Positions 24,732 to 32,000 of a DNA stretch of 32,000 nucleotides are shown here, one piece after another (positions within the stretch are counted from its first letter, which is position 1; each line of letters opens with the position of its first letter). Origin of the DNA: Candidatus Saganbacteria bacterium (GTDB lineage: Bacteria; Margulisbacteria; WOR-1; JAKLHX01). The position numbers and the translations under genes were made by a program. The DNA is taken from positions 90,001 to 122,000 of the forward strand of contig JAPLKZ010000005.1 of the NCBI GenBank assembly GCA_026387835.1, read 5' to 3'. The notes beneath the pieces are model-generated. The model saw only the letters and a list, made by a program, of their open reading frames with translations. It did no database searches and was not told where the DNA came from.

Positions 24732-26201
24732 ATGGGAATACTGGAAAACTTTTTACTGGTACTGCTTGCCCCGCTGTTCGGGGCGGTGTTCATCTTCTTC
24801 CTGGCCGGCAAATTTGGCAGGACAACGATCGGCGTTTTGGCTTTTGCCATAAGTTCCCTGACTTTCTTGTCATCGCTTGCTATTTTTCTCCGGACGCCGG
24901 TAGTAAAGACCATAACAATAGTCGCGCCGTGGGTAAATGTGCTGGGGCTCACTTTTTCTTTCTACTTCGATGTCCTGACAATGACAGTTCTTTTGATATC
25001 TACATTTGTAACGTCTGTCGCCCTTCTTTACTCGATCGGGTACTTTAAGGACCAGAATGATTTTAGCGCGGGGTCTTTTTACAGCCTTGTGCTTCTGTTC
25101 CTGACGGGTATCATAGGGGTGTTCGTGTCGGCCAACCTCATACTCTTCTATCTTTTCTGGGAGTTGATGCTCCTTCCCACATTCGCGATCACCGCTTATT
25201 TCGGGGAGGATAAGGAAAGGTCCGGAGCGATAGCGATAAAATATTTTATTTTCACGCATATCGGCGCTGTCCTGATACTGGCCGCGTCCCTGCTGCTTTA
25301 TGCCGCTGCCGGCACAGCCGACTTCATGTCCTTAAAATCCGTTCTTCCTTTGATCGATCTGTCGCTGGTAAGGGTCGCGGTGTTCATGTTTATCGTCGGT
25401 TTCGGTCTCAAGATGGCGATATTCCCGCTTCACAGCTGGCTGCCGGACACTTACACCAACGCTCCGACGCCCGCGACGGTCATAATGGCATCGGTAATGA
25501 TGAACGCGTCGATCTACGGTTTTATCAGGTTTTTCTTCACTATACTGCCGAGGGACAGCGTGAGCCCGTTCATCCCTCTGATCCTGGTGCTTGCGGTCAT
25601 CTCCCAGTATTACGGCGCGATACTCGCGATGGTCGAGAAGAATATAAAAAGGATGATAGCTTATTCCTCCATATCTCAGATGGGATATGTGCTTTTCGGG
25701 ATAGGGACGCTGACTTTTTTGGGTGTTTCGGGGGCGACTTTCCATATAATAAATCACACGATAATAAAGGCCCTGTTGTTCATGACCGTAGGAGCAGTGT
25801 TCATGGCCGTGAAAAAATATGACACGGATGATCTGGGCGGGCTGATGCCGTTGATCCCCATGGTCGCTTTGACCGGCTCGGCCGGAGCTCTTGCCATAGC
25901 CGGCGTGCCTTTGTTCGGGGCTTTCCAGAGCGAGTGGATGATATTCGCGGGAGGTTTCAGGACAGCATATCCCGTAATAGCGGGGTTCGCCGTCGCGGGG
26001 GCCCTTTTTACCGCGGCATACAGCCTGAGGTTCATTGCCGCGATATTCTTCGGGGAGCAAAAACTGCCGCAGGTGAATAAAATACCTGCCGCGATGATAT
26101 TTTCGATGTCCGTTCTCGCACTGTCCTCGCTTTTGATAGGGGTCTGTCCATGGTTCTTTTCAAAAGCGGTGCAGATAGCGGTGAAACTGTTAGGAGTATG
26201 A
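24732..26201 (+). CDS. NuoM/MrpD-like antiporter-type subunit, 489 aa
   Basis: FYLFWELMLLPT, KMAIFPLHSWLPDTYTNAPTPA and AYSSISQMGYVLFG motifs. I chose the start at 24732 (GGAGA Shine-Dalgarno, 1 nt after the upstream stop) over the ORF-track start at 24702. Confidence 0.9.
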   Translation: MGILENFLLVLLAPLFGAVFIFFLAGKFGRTTIGVLAFAISSLTFLSSLAIFLRTPVVKTITIVAPWVNVLGLTFSFYFDVLTMTVLLISTFVTSVALLYSIGYFKDQNDFSAGSFYSLVLLFLTGIIGVFVSANLILFYLFWELMLLPTFAITAYFGEDKERSGAIAIKYFIFTHIGAVLILAASLLLYAAAGTADFMSLKSVLPLIDLSLVRVAVFMFIVGFGLKMAIFPLHSWLPDTYTNAPTPATVIMASVMMNASIYGFIRFFFTILPRDSVSPFIPLILVLAVISQYYGAILAMVEKNIKRMIAYSSISQMGYVLFGIGTLTFLGVSGATFHIINHTIIKALLFMTVGAVFMAVKKYDTDDLGGLMPLIPMVALTGSAGALAIAGVPLFGAFQSEWMIFAGGFRTAYPVIAGFAVAGALFTAAYSLRFIAAIFFGEQKLPQVNKIPAAMIFSMSVLALSSLLIGVCPWFFSKAVQIAVKLLGV

Positions 26202-26202
26202 G

Positions 26203-27681
26203 ATGACGGCAATAATGCCTTTATTGATATTGTTCTTGGGAGCGTTCGCGGTGTTCCTGATATCGCGGCTTTCAAATAACAGAGGCCTGTGGGGAAGCCT
26301 GCTGTCCAGCGCGGTCATACTCGGCGCCATTTACTCGCTGTTGAGGGTAATGAAGGACCTTATCAACGATCAGGCCGTAGCGTATCCTTTGAAAGTCTTT
26401 GCGTTCTCATCGTCTTTGAGATTTGATTTTCTCAGTGTCCTTCTGAGCATGACGGTACTCATTCTCGGTCTTATGGTAGCGGTATTTTCCTGCAGGTACA
26501 TGGAAGACGATCTCAGCCAGGACAAATATTACACGCTTCTTCTGATAATGATCGGGGCCATCGTAGGACTGTCGGCAACAAAAGACCTTTTCAGTATCTG
26601 GGTCTTCTTCGAACTGATGTGTGTTTCTTCCTATATTCTTGTCTCGTTCAGAAAAGAAAAATGGGAACCGCTCGAGGCGGGGTTCAAGTACTTAATAATG
26701 AGCGCGGCAGGATCGATGCTGGTGCTGCTCGCGATCTCCGTAGTATTCGGTATGACCGGCGTTCTTGACCTTGAGGGGATCAAGTCCCTCATCAGGACCG
26801 TTCCACCGGTTCCTATGATGATAAGCATTGTGATGTTCATATGCGGATTTTCGGTGAAAGCAGCCATTGTCCCGTTCCATACATGGCTTCCCGACGCTCA
26901 TTCCGAAGCTCCTTCAGGGATATCTGCCATGCTTTCCGGCATAGTCATTGAGGCCGGGCTTTTTGCGATGATCAGAGTGCTTATGTACATGACCGGCCTT
27001 AAGGCGGATTTCGGTCTCGTTCTGATCATCATGGCTGTGGTCACGATGACTGTCGGCAATATCATGGCCCTCAGCCAGACCAGGATAAAAAGGATGCTGG
27101 CATATTCTTCCGTGGCTCAGATGGGCTATATGATCCTGGGGATAGGGATCGGGTTCCATTTTCTTATTCCCGACGGTTTTCTCGGCGGATTTTTCCATAT
27201 AGTGACACATGCCGGAATGAAAGGACTCGCCTTTCTTGTGGCCGGCGTGGTGATCCATTATGTCGGGACGTCCGAGATCAGCGAAATGAAAGGGCTGTCG
27301 CAGAAAATGCCGGCAGTCGCGCTTTCTTTTGCCGTGGCGGCTTTCGCTCTCGCGGGAGTCCCTCCGTTCTCCGGGTTCATGAGCAAATGGCTGATATATA
27401 AATCCGGATTTGATGCCGGCGGATGGGGATACGCCCTTGCCGGCATAGCGATATTTAATTCGGTACTCTCGCTCGGATATTATCTTCCGGCGGTCAATGC
27501 GATGTACGCTCCGTCGATGAGCGACAAAGTCAGGACTTCAAAGCCCGTGCCCTGGAGCGTTATGGTTCCGATAGCGCTTTTGACGATATCCGTGATTGTT
27601 CTTGGCATTCTGCCTGACATAGGCCTCGGGTTTGTCGGGCTTGCGGTAAAAAATCTGTATTGGATAATGGGAGCAAGATGA
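26203..27681 (+). CDS. NuoN/MrpD-like antiporter-type subunit, 492 aa
   Basis: VFFELMCVSSY, KAAIVPFHTWLPDAHSEAPS and AYSSVAQMGYMILG motifs. The start is 1 nt after the upstream stop. Confidence 0.9.
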   Translation: MTAIMPLLILFLGAFAVFLISRLSNNRGLWGSLLSSAVILGAIYSLLRVMKDLINDQAVAYPLKVFAFSSSLRFDFLSVLLSMTVLILGLMVAVFSCRYMEDDLSQDKYYTLLLIMIGAIVGLSATKDLFSIWVFFELMCVSSYILVSFRKEKWEPLEAGFKYLIMSAAGSMLVLLAISVVFGMTGVLDLEGIKSLIRTVPPVPMMISIVMFICGFSVKAAIVPFHTWLPDAHSEAPSGISAMLSGIVIEAGLFAMIRVLMYMTGLKADFGLVLIIMAVVTMTVGNIMALSQTRIKRMLAYSSVAQMGYMILGIGIGFHFLIPDGFLGGFFHIVTHAGMKGLAFLVAGVVIHYVGTSEISEMKGLSQKMPAVALSFAVAAFALAGVPPFSGFMSKWLIYKSGFDAGGWGYALAGIAIFNSVLSLGYYLPAVNAMYAPSMSDKVRTSKPVPWSVMVPIALLTISVIVLGILPDIGLGFVGLAVKNLYWIMGAR

Positions 27682-28004
27682 TGGGAAATACCGTATTTTC
27701 ACCGGTAGGCATATTCTTCATATTTCTGCTGACAGTAGCAGCTGTTTACTGGTTTTCCGGCCGCATAGCCCCTAAAGCAGATCCGAAAGGCGGGAAGACC
27801 AACATGTATGCATGCGGCGAGGATCTTCCGGAGATCCAGCATTCGTCCACCGCTTCGATGTTCTTTCATGTGGCGCTTTATTTTACGATAATGGACGTTG
27901 CGGCGCTTACTATCGCGACGATCCCGCCGTCAGCAGGGGTATTTCTGGGAATATTTTATATTGCAGGCATATCTTTGGCCGTACTTGCGCTGGTGTTGAG
28001 ATAA
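27678..28004 (+). CDS. NuoA/MbhI-like small membrane subunit, about 108 aa
   Basis: Three TM helices. YACGED resembles the NuoA YECG motif, and FHVALYFTIMDVAA resembles the NuoA helix-2 FDVE region. ATGA overlap with the upstream stop. Confidence 0.6.
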   Translation: MMGNTVFSPVGIFFIFLLTVAAVYWFSGRIAPKADPKGGKTNMYACGEDLPEIQHSSTASMFFHVALYFTIMDVAALTIATIPPSAGVFLGIFYIAGISLAVLALVLR

Positions 28005-28008
28005 ATAA

Positions 28009-28434
28009 ATGAAAAATATATTAAACTGGGCCCGGATCAAATCCCCGTGGGTGATCCATTTCAATTCGGGGTCATGCAACGGGTGCGATATCGAGATAGT
28101 CGCAGCGCTGACGCCGCGTTTTGACCTGGAGAGATTCGGTATAGTGCTCAAGGGTTCCCCGAGGCACGCGGACGTCCTGCTCGTCACGGGGCCGGTGAAC
28201 CACCACAGCAAGAAAAGACTTCAAAGGATCTATGACCAGATGCCCGATCCTAAGTTCGTCATAGCGATAGGCAGCTGCGCCTGTTCGGGCTGCGTGTTCC
28301 GCGGCTGCTACAACAACCTTCAGGGGGCGGATGCCGTAGTTCCGGTAGATGTCTACATTCCCGGATGCGCTCCGAGACCTGATGCGATAATCGACGGGGT
28401 CGTCAAGCTGATAAAGAAGTTAAAAGGAAGTTAA
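28009..28434 (+). CDS. Group-4 [NiFe] hydrogenase small subunit (NuoB/MbhJ/HycG-like), 141 aa
   Basis: Four cluster-ligand cysteines in the motifs GSCNGCDIE, GSCACSG and PGCAPRP. Confidence 0.92.
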   Translation: MKNILNWARIKSPWVIHFNSGSCNGCDIEIVAALTPRFDLERFGIVLKGSPRHADVLLVTGPVNHHSKKRLQRIYDQMPDPKFVIAIGSCACSGCVFRGCYNNLQGADAVVPVDVYIPGCAPRPDAIIDGVVKLIKKLKGS

Positions 28435-28435
28435 C

Positions 28436-28921
28436 ATGAACGAAGAATTAAAACAAAAGATAGAAACAAAGTTCGCGGATACGGTCCTCGACTATAAAAG
28501 TCCGAGGGAGAAACGCATCTATATGAGAATAAAGAAGGAACAAATAAAGCCCGTCCTCTCATATGTGATGAACGAGCTGGGATTTTCACACCTGAGCACA
28601 ATAACCGGCGTCGACCTGAAGACCGAGTTCGAAGTGCTCTATCACGTTGTAAAAAGCGGGCTTTGCCTTACGATCGCCATCAAAGTGGACCGTAATGACC
28701 CTCATGTCGATACGATAACGGATATTATCCCCGGAGCGATCTGCTATGAAAGGGAACTCCAGGACTTTTTCGGAATAGAAGTCGACAATATCCCTGACGG
28801 AAGAAGGCTGATAATACCGGAGGACTGGCCGGAAGGGCAGTATCCGCTGCGCAAAGACTGGAACAAAAGCATGCTTCCGGAGTCTTTTAACGACGGGTTG
28901 AGGAGGAAGTGGACGGAATAA
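28436..28921 (+). CDS. NuoC/MbhK-like subunit, 161 aa
   Basis: ERELQDFFGIEV motif and NuoC-like length. Start 1 nt after the upstream stop. Confidence 0.88.
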   Translation: MNEELKQKIETKFADTVLDYKSPREKRIYMRIKKEQIKPVLSYVMNELGFSHLSTITGVDLKTEFEVLYHVVKSGLCLTIAIKVDRNDPHVDTITDIIPGAICYERELQDFFGIEVDNIPDGRRLIIPEDWPEGQYPLRKDWNKSMLPESFNDGLRRKWTE

Positions 28922-28933
28922 ACCCCCTCTAAA

Positions 28934-28955
28934 TCTCCCCCTTATCAGGGGGAGA
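28934..28955 (+). other. Perfect intra-operon hairpin TCTCCCCCT-TATC-AGGGGGAGA in the 70-nt NuoC-like / large-subunit spacer
   Basis: 9-bp perfect inverted repeat with a 4-nt loop, read from the sequence. No U-tract follows it. Confidence 0.6.
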
Positions 28956-28991
28956 CTTGAAGAAATGATGGGGTGAGTTAAAGGAGAAACG

Positions 28992-30191
28992 ATGCACAAT
29001 CAGGAACATAGGAATGATATAAGAATACCGGTAGGGCCGCAGCACCCGGCTCTCAAAGAACCCGAGTTCTTCAGTTTCAAGGTGGAAGGCGAAAGGGTCC
29101 TTGAGGCGGATGTGCGCCTGGGGTACAGCCACAGGGGCATTGAAAAAGGCTGTGAGGACAGGAATTTTATACAGTCTTTATATCTTGTCGAGCGCATCTG
29201 CGGCATCTGCTCGCATTCCCATGCGACGGTCTTCATCCAGGGTGTTGAAGAACTGCAGGGAACCGAGATACCGAAAAGAGCAAAATATATAAGGACGATA
29301 GTAGGAGAACTTGAGAGGATACATTCTCATCTTTTGTGGGTCGGCGTAGCGGCGCACGAGGTCGGGTACGATACTATGTACATGTATGCGTGGCGCGACA
29401 GGGAGGTCGTGATGGACCTTCTGGAGCTTGTCACCGGGAACAGGGTTAATTATTCGATGAACACCCTTGGCGGTGTCAGAAGAGATATCACTAAGGACAT
29501 GGCGGACAAGATAAGGGACGGACTGAAAATACTGGAACAAAAGACGATGTATTATCTGAACACCGCACTGCAGGAAAAGACCTTCATCATGAGGACCGAA
29601 AATGTGGGGATCATGCCTACCGATGTCGCAAGGAAGCTTGGGGCAGCGGGTCCAACGGCGAGAGGTTCTAACATTCCGGATGACGTAAGAAAGGACGATC
29701 CTTACGCCGCTTACGGCGAGATACCGTTCAATGTGGTCACGTCAAAAAGATGCGATGTGCTCGGCAGGGCTCAAGTGAGAGTGGGGGAGCTGCTTGAAAG
29801 CTACAAGATAATAAAATACGCGCTTGACAACATACCTGATACTCCACTTGCGGTAAAGACTTCAAGGAGAGTCCCGGAAGGAGAAGTGTTAAGCAGATAT
29901 GAGACGCCAAGGGGCGAGCTTATACATTATATAAAATCTAACGGGACAGACAAGCCTGAGAGGGTAAAAGTAAGGGCGCCGTCTTTAGGCAATGTTGCTC
30001 CTGTTAAATACATGCTCGAGAACTATTTCATCGCGGATATACCGATCATCCTGGCTGCGATAGACCCGTGTTTCTCGTGCGCTGACAGGATGGTCAGGGT
30101 CGCGGAACCCGATCACGAGCATGTGATGACATGGGAGGCACTGAGCAAATTCGGAATAGAATGGTACAAGAAAAATGGAAATAATATTTAA
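28992..30191 (+). CDS. Group-4 [NiFe] hydrogenase large (catalytic) subunit (NuoD/MbhL/HycE-like), 399 aa
   Basis: Both Ni-Fe ligand motifs are intact: N-terminal RICGICSHSH and C-terminal DPCFSCADR, the latter followed by a C-terminal extension of about 33 aa. AAGGAGA Shine-Dalgarno. Confidence 0.93.
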   Translation: MHNQEHRNDIRIPVGPQHPALKEPEFFSFKVEGERVLEADVRLGYSHRGIEKGCEDRNFIQSLYLVERICGICSHSHATVFIQGVEELQGTEIPKRAKYIRTIVGELERIHSHLLWVGVAAHEVGYDTMYMYAWRDREVVMDLLELVTGNRVNYSMNTLGGVRRDITKDMADKIRDGLKILEQKTMYYLNTALQEKTFIMRTENVGIMPTDVARKLGAAGPTARGSNIPDDVRKDDPYAAYGEIPFNVVTSKRCDVLGRAQVRVGELLESYKIIKYALDNIPDTPLAVKTSRRVPEGEVLSRYETPRGELIHYIKSNGTDKPERVKVRAPSLGNVAPVKYMLENYFIADIPIILAAIDPCFSCADRMVRVAEPDHEHVMTWEALSKFGIEWYKKNGNNI

Positions 30192-31110
30192 ATTATTCTA
30201 TCTTCTGATATTCCCGGGATTTTTATTCCTGGTATTTTACGGTCTTTTCCTTGAATGGATCGACCGAAAGCTTCTGGCAAAATTCCAGAACCGCGTGGGG
30301 CCTCCGTGGTTCCAGCCTGTCGCGGATTTCATAAAGCTTTTCGCGAAAGAAGATACTGTGCCGGCTAAGGCCGACAGGGCAATGTTCGCTCTCGCGCCGG
30401 TATTTGCTCTCGCGGCGGTATTGACCACAATTGCTTTTATCCCGGTCATTGTCCCGGCGTTATATTCTTTTCCCGGGGATATAGTCGTGATCGCCTATCT
30501 TTTAATGGTCCCGACATTTGGCCTGTTCCTGGGCGGCTGGTACTCGGCAAATTATTTTGCTTCCATAGGAGCCGTGAGAACGACTCTCCTGTTATTTTCG
30601 TATGAAGTCCCGCTTTTAATGGCACTGCTCGGGCCCGCGATCCTTGCAGGGTCATGGAGCATCGAAGGTGTGATCGCTTTTCAGGCGGCCCATCCCTGGA
30701 TCATACTCTATCAGCCTCTTGGCTTCATCGTTGTGCTGGTGTCTATTGTCGGCAAGCTCGAAAGGATCCCGTTCGACATACCGGAAGCCGAGACCGAGAT
30801 AGTCGAAGGTCCGCTTTGCGAATACTCAGGAAAGAAGCTCGCTCTTTACAGGCTGATGTTCGATGTAGAGACTGTGATAGGAGCTTCGCTTATCAGCATA
30901 TTCTATCTGGGCGGTTTTTACGGCGCGAACATCCTGTTGACAGCGGCAATATTTCTTGTAAAGACCTTGGTCGTCCTATTCATGATATCCCTGGCAAAAG
31001 CCGTATTCGGAAGGATCAGGATAGACCAGATGATAGAGTTCTGCTGGAAGATCCTGATGCCCACAGCGATACTCCAGTTTTTGCTGATAATAATAGCGAG
31101 ATTGTGGTAG
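30175..31110 (+). CDS. NuoH/MbhM/HycD-like membrane subunit, 311 aa
   Basis: WIDRKLLAKFQNRVGPP N-terminal motif, PFDIPEAETEIVEG motif and about 8 TM helices. Overlaps the upstream gene by 17 nt. Confidence 0.9.
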   Translation: MEIIFKLFYLLIFPGFLFLVFYGLFLEWIDRKLLAKFQNRVGPPWFQPVADFIKLFAKEDTVPAKADRAMFALAPVFALAAVLTTIAFIPVIVPALYSFPGDIVVIAYLLMVPTFGLFLGGWYSANYFASIGAVRTTLLLFSYEVPLLMALLGPAILAGSWSIEGVIAFQAAHPWIILYQPLGFIVVLVSIVGKLERIPFDIPEAETEIVEGPLCEYSGKKLALYRLMFDVETVIGASLISIFYLGGFYGANILLTAAIFLVKTLVVLFMISLAKAVFGRIRIDQMIEFCWKILMPTAILQFLLIIIARLW

Positions 31111-31119
31111 GAGAAAAAA

Positions 31120-31500
31120 ATGCTTGGAGCTTTGATACCTGAATCAATAAGACAGCTTTTTAAGAAGGCCGCGACAAACATGTATCCTGCGGAACAATTT
31201 GCGACGCCGGCTGACTTTCGGGGTAAGCTTGTCGCTGACATAAAGAAATGCATCGGCTGCAAACTTTGCATGCGGGACTGCTCCGCGCAGGCGATAGAAG
31301 TCATAGACGTAACGCCTCCTCCGCCGCCGGAAGCTCAGGAAAAACAGAAGAAGAAATTTAAGCTTAACATCTATCTTGACCGTTGCGTCTATTGCGGCCA
31401 ATGCATGGAGAATTGCCCGACAGACACCCTTTCGATGGAGTCAACGCACGATCTTGCCTCTTATGACAGGGCATCGTTGAAGACTGAATACGAGTTTTAG
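31120..31500 (+). CDS. NuoI/MbhN-like 2x[4Fe-4S] ferredoxin subunit, 126 aa
   Basis: CIGCKLCMRDC and CVYCGQCMENCP motifs, separated by a Pro/Lys-rich insert (TPPPPPEAQEKQKKK). Confidence 0.9.
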   Translation: MLGALIPESIRQLFKKAATNMYPAEQFATPADFRGKLVADIKKCIGCKLCMRDCSAQAIEVIDVTPPPPPEAQEKQKKKFKLNIYLDRCVYCGQCMENCPTDTLSMESTHDLASYDRASLKTEYEF

Positions 31501-31501
31501 T

Positions 31502-32000
31502 CTATCTTCTCTTATCCGGTGAAAGGTATTTCTTGCGGGTCGTGACGTTCTTGTAGGCCGGCCGTATTATGCGCTTTGATACCATCAGTTCCTCTATCCT
31601 GTGCGCCATCCAGCCGGAGATGCGCGCCATGGCGAACAGCGGAGTGTAAAGGTCCTGCGAGATGCCGAGGCAGTTGTACACAAAGCCGGAGAAAAAATCG
31701 ACATTAGGAGCGATTATCTTAGTATTCTGTTTTACCTCAAGGAAGGTCTGCGGGACCAGCTCTTCCATGTTCAGATACAGCTGTAATTCCTGCTCGTGTC
31801 CTTTTTCCTGGGCGAGGCGGATGGCGTACTCTTTCAATATTACTGCTCTCGGGTCCGATTTTGTGTAGACGGCATGCCCGAAACCGTAGATCTTCCCGCT
31901 CCTGTCCCCGACTTCGCAGCGCATCAATTTCGCGATGTAATTTTTCAGCTCTTCCTTGTTCGTCCAGTCCTTGACGTTCTTCTTGATATCTTCCATCATC
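31502..32000 (-). CDS. gltA: Citrate synthase, C-terminal part only (5' end lies beyond the window)
   Basis: GFGHAVYTKSDPRA, APNVDFFSGFVY and LFAMARISGWMAHRIEE motifs. The ORF is open to the window edge. Confidence 0.85.
   Translation of the reverse strand, partial: MMEDIKKNVKDWTNKEELKNYIAKLMRCEVGDRSGKIYGFGHAVYTKSDPRAVILKEYAIRLAQEKGHEQELQLYLNMEELVPQTFLEVKQNTKIIAPNVDFFSGFVYNCLGISQDLYTPLFAMARISGWMAHRIEELMVSKRIIRPAYKNVTTRKKYLSPDKRR

Noticed and set aside
25332-26060. 242-aa minus-strand ORF rich in R/H/E/Y/G (and the overlapping 173-aa ORF at 25754..26275)
   Set aside because: It lies entirely antisense to the strongly supported NuoM/NuoN-like genes. Its low-complexity composition is typical of shadow ORFs opposite GC-rich membrane-protein genes, and it has no motifs or Shine-Dalgarno.
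1-32000. Search for CRISPR arrays, tRNA/rRNA genes, transposases, integrases and long direct or inverted repeats
   Set aside because: I saw no regularly spaced repeats, no tRNA T-arm/acceptor-type sequences (GGTTCGAATCC-like) in intergenic DNA, and no recombinase motifs in any ORF. The island at the left edge has no visible mobility gene within the window.

Overview
The window looks like part of an anaerobic, probably uncultivated bacterium. It uses the standard genetic code, has sigma70-type TTGACA/TATAAT promoters and frequent ATGA/TAATG translational coupling. There are three blocks. (1) 1..~3340 is a visibly AT-rich accessory island. An XRE-family HTH gene converges on a tightly coupled three-gene minus-strand cassette: Dam-family N6-adenine methyltransferase, then a 4-TM protein with an acidic tail, then a DGQHR-domain (DndB/ParB-like) protein. 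No dnd, dpd or ssp partner genes and no recognisable restriction endonuclease are visible. This is my best candidate for an undescribed DNA-modification-linked defence module. (2) ~3340..21500 carries mixed chromosomal genes. These are two lipoprotein metallophosphoesterases, a secreted beta-carbonic anhydrase, an aldolase / SAM-methyltransferase / nucleotidyltransferase operon, a GalT-like HIT enzyme, a CDF transporter and TspO. The block also holds a small redox cluster (EFR1 flavodoxin-ferredoxin, YkgJ, and a glutaredoxin-like protein coupled to a ferredoxin:thioredoxin-reductase catalytic subunit fused to rubredoxin), PabB, CstA and a divergent adenosine-deaminase-fold protein. (3) 21539..31500 encodes a HycI-type maturation protease followed by a 12-gene group-4 membrane-bound [NiFe] hydrogenase operon with its own promoter. 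Its subunit set resembles complex I: NuoJ/MbhD-like, MrpB-like, NuoK, NuoL with lateral helix, NuoM, NuoN, NuoA-like, NuoB, NuoC, a NiFe large subunit with intact Ni ligands, NuoH and NuoI. The window ends in a 5'-truncated citrate synthase gene on the minus strand. I found no tRNA or rRNA genes, CRISPR arrays, transposases or integrases. All family assignments come from motifs read in the supplied translations; no database search was possible.
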